From Trichodelitschia bisporula (taxonomy: Eukaryota): a DNA stretch of 64,000 nucleotides. The stretch covers positions 1,396,217-1,460,216 of the forward strand of contig ML996690.1 of NCBI GenBank assembly GCA_010356995.1. The letters run 5' to 3'. Below are positions 61,100 through 64,000 of this stretch, piece by piece. Each line of letters opens with the position of its first letter. The first letter of the stretch is position 1. Made by a program: the position numbers and the translations under genes. The notes beneath the pieces are model-generated. The model worked only from the letters and a program-made list of their open reading frames with translations. It searched no databases and had not been told where the DNA came from.

Positions 61100-62539
61100 A
61101 TGGAAAAACCGATCCATACCGTGGTCTTAGACGCTGGTCCGATTATTCGTGGAGAACCCAGCGTCTCCTCTCTGCTCCAGCAATGCGAAAACATAATCTC
61201 CACCCCGGCCGTCATTGAGGAAATTCGTGATGAAGCCGCCCGGTCTCGTCTGCAAACCACACTTCTCCCCTTCCTCACTCTGAAGACTCCGAACCCGAAT
61301 AGCATAAAAGTCATTTCGGACTTTGCCCGCAAAACCGGCGACCTTGCAGTTTTGAGCAGGACGGATATCCAACTTCTGGCACTGTCGTATGAAACCGAGT
61401 GCGAGCGCAACTGCGGTGACTGGAGGCTTCGCAGCGTACCGGGACAGCAGCGCACCAATGGACCGCCACCCCCCGCTATCACGGGACAGAAGCCGAAGGC
61501 TATAGAGCCGGATGTTCATGACTCCATTGAGGCCTCTGAGCAGCATCCAGTAACTGAAAAGAGCGACTCGCAGCCTTTGTCCAAGGAAAATGAGGGCCAT
61601 GACGTCTCGCAAGAGGATGACATCTCAAGTACCCCTGCAAATGAACCTGAGCAGCGAGAATCCGAAGCCCAAGACTCAGAGCCTGCAGCAAACAACCTCC
61701 AGCCTGAGCATCCGGAGCAAGAGGATCACGATTCACAGCCGACTGAAACTATCAGTTCCCAGCTCGAAGTTGTGCAATTATCCGAAGCGGACGGCCATGG
61801 CGACTCCGAAGAATCTGATCCGGAAGGCTGGATCACGCCGTCGAACATAAAAAAGAAGCAAGCCAAAGACGCCGCTGCTGCCTCGTCGAACCAACCTCTG
61901 CCGAAAACTATGCAAGTGGTAAGTCGTAATACACTGGACTCGAACACTCACTGACACAACTCTCAGGCCACCATTACCACCGACTTCGCCATGCAAAATG
62001 TCTTGCTGCAAATGAACCTCAATTTGATATCAGGGTCCCTGCAGCGCGTCCAGTTCGTCAAAAGCTTCGTCTTGCGCTGTCATGGTAAAGTACCCTTCCT
62101 TCAACATGTATCCGGCTAATTGGGATCAGCGTGCTTCAACATCGTCAGGGATATGAGCAAGCAGTTCTGCCCGCGGTGTGGGAAGCCCAGTCTCACGAGG
62201 GTGTCTTGCTCAACAAGCCAATCGGGGGAGTTCAAACTGCATCTCAAGAAGAACATGCAATGGAACAAAAAGGGTGACCGCTACAGCATTCCCAAGCCCG
62301 TTGCTGGGTCAGCGAGCGGACGTGTCATGGGTGGAGGCAAAGAAGGATGGGGCAACGAGCTCATTCTCGCCGAGGACCAAAAGGAGTATGTGCGTGCCAT
62401 GGAGCAGCAGAAGAGACTGAAGCAAAGAGACCTTATGGATGAGGATTATCTGCCAGGAATCTTGACTGGAGATCGAGCAAAAACTGGCGGAAAGCTAAAA
62501 GTGGGGGCTGGGAGGAACGTCAATTCGAGAAGGCGATAG
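61100..62539 (+). CDS. NOB1: 20S pre-rRNA D-site endonuclease Nob1 (introns 61919-61966, 62085-62129)
   Basis: PIN domain VVLDAGP..TGDLAVLSRTDIQLLALSYE, GWITPSN, TTDFAMQNVLLQM, Zn ribbon RCH|ACF..FCPRCG. Confidence 0.95.
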
Positions 62540-63032
62540 AACTAGATGAGATATTGTGGTGCGCGGATACGTCTGTAATGCAATCACGGGCGATCTGTAA
62601 ATTCGCATGATGCATGAGAAGCCTTTGCGATCGATGCTAAATGAAAGAGACTGCCATTGAAGTGAATTCCTGCTTTCCATTCTTAGCAGCCCATCATACT
62701 GTAGCCTTCTCGAGACCATAGGGCCAAAGAGCTTGATGCGGCGGGTTAGGGGTCATTTCGGCGAGGAGGTATGCGAATGGCCCAAGGCCGCCCGAAAAAT
62801 TCGAGGTTCATCTCTCTATAGTGTTTAGGACTGCCCAGAGCGAGGGTTTGTAGAATCCAGAAGCAGAGACTATTAGGGAGGACAGCCACGACTTCTTTTT
62901 GGGTACCCCTTGGCCGGTGCGGCTACGGTAGTGCTGGCACTTGGCCGGAGCGGGGGAACGCTCGGCCGGCCCGATAATTTTTTGAACCTTTGCGACCCCA
63001 TCCTCCAAGTAGCAAACATTCAGCACCTAACG

Positions 63033-64000
63033 ATGTCGCCGAAATCGAAGCGACCGAGACTTTCTGGAGGCCCTTCGCAGGCAGAACCCGCATCCGTGGA
63101 CTCCACCGACGGCGCCTCCGCCAAACCCGTCAAGGCGCAATCCCGCCGCTCACTCTTCGTCCGCTCCCTCCCTCCGTCCACCACCACCGACGACCTCACC
63201 GAACTCTTCTCCGGATCGTACCCGATCAAACATGCTGTGGCGGTAACGGATGGCCAGACAAAGAAGTGCAAAGGCTATGGCTTCGTCACTTTCGCCGACG
63301 CCGAAGACGCGGAGCGGGCGCAGACCGAGTTTGACGGCTTTGCGTTCAAGGGCCAAAAGATCAAGGTCGAGGTGGCTGAGCCGCGGCACAGAGGAGAGGA
63401 TGCGCCCGCTGAGAGTGAGCGCATTGCCAAGCGCCCCGGCAACCAGGAGCATCAACCACCGCCGAAGTTGATCGTCCGCAACTTACCTTGGAGCATCAAC
63501 ACTCCGGACAAGCTTACCAAGCTGTTCCTTAGCTACGGCAAGGTCAAGCATGCGGTTGTTCCCAAGAAGGCGTCCGGACTTATGATGGGTTTCGGGATCG
63601 TGGTGATAAGGGGAAAGAAGAATGCGGAAATGGCTCTGCAGGGCGTTAATGGCCGGGAGGTGGACGGCCGCACACTTGCGGTCGATTGGGCGGTCGACAA
63701 GGAGACGTGGCAAAAGACAAATGGAGAAAAGGATGATAAGGAGGAGAGTATGATGCACGATAATGAGGAAGAGGAAGATGAAAGTGACGGCGGAGCAATG
63801 CTCTCTGAGCATGATGCAGAAGATGCTGAGGACGAGGACGCAGAAGACGATGAGGACGTTGATGAGGATGAGGATGAAGAAGATGAAGACGACGATGATG
63901 AGCACGATGAAGACGATGAAAACGAGGACGAAGACGAAGACGAAGAGAAACCCCCTCCGCGCCCTCAGACAACAGACTCGACCATCTTCATCAGGAACCT
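63033..64000 (+). CDS. NOP4: Multi-RRM nucleolar protein Nop4 (3' end outside window)
   Basis: SLFVRSLP..PIKHAVAV..CKGYGFVTF (RRM1), PKLIVRNLPWSI..GRTLAVDWAVDK (RRM2), long acidic tract, start of RRM3 TIFIRN. Confidence 0.88.
   Translation, partial: MSPKSKRPRLSGGPSQAEPASVDSTDGASAKPVKAQSRRSLFVRSLPPSTTTDDLTELFSGSYPIKHAVAVTDGQTKKCKGYGFVTFADAEDAERAQTEFDGFAFKGQKIKVEVAEPRHRGEDAPAESERIAKRPGNQEHQPPPKLIVRNLPWSINTPDKLTKLFLSYGKVKHAVVPKKASGLMMGFGIVVIRGKKNAEMALQGVNGREVDGRTLAVDWAVDKETWQKTNGEKDDKEESMMHDNEEEEDESDGGAMLSEHDAEDAEDEDAEDDEDVDEDEDEEDEDDDDEHDEDDENEDEDEDEEKPPPRPQTTDSTIFIRN

Noticed and set aside
63730..63950. GAT/GAG-rich simple repeat
   Set aside because: It encodes the normal acidic linker of Nop4.

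Overview
Eukaryotic genomic DNA from a filamentous ascomycete (Pezizomycotina-type). It is gene-dense and GC-rich, with many very short GT-AG introns (mostly 40-50 nt, CTAAC/CTGAC branch points). About 28 conserved, mostly essential housekeeping genes are present, covering ribosome biogenesis, splicing, basal transcription, tRNA synthetases, and GMP/NAD/serine synthesis. They flank an approximately 11.5-kb accessory island (27.5-39.0 kb) between MOG1 and DIB1. The island holds a fungal NLR immune-receptor gene (PNP_UDP effector, NACHT, high-identity 126-bp WD40 repeats) with two in-frame stops and an assembly gap in its repeat array. Two headless WD40 sensor cassettes follow, each ending in a copy of the NLR C-terminal tail: one inverted and near-identical, one direct and diverged. 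They are joined back-to-back by a 99-bp fold-back palindrome and a repeat-bounded insertion. A decayed F-box/DUF3506 gene and a spliced orphan ORF are also present. The most interesting hypothesis is that the headless cassettes act as a local donor or inversion reservoir for diversifying the NLR sensor. The sequence alone cannot distinguish this from decayed tandem duplicates or local mis-assembly. All gene names come from recognised motifs; no database searches were run.
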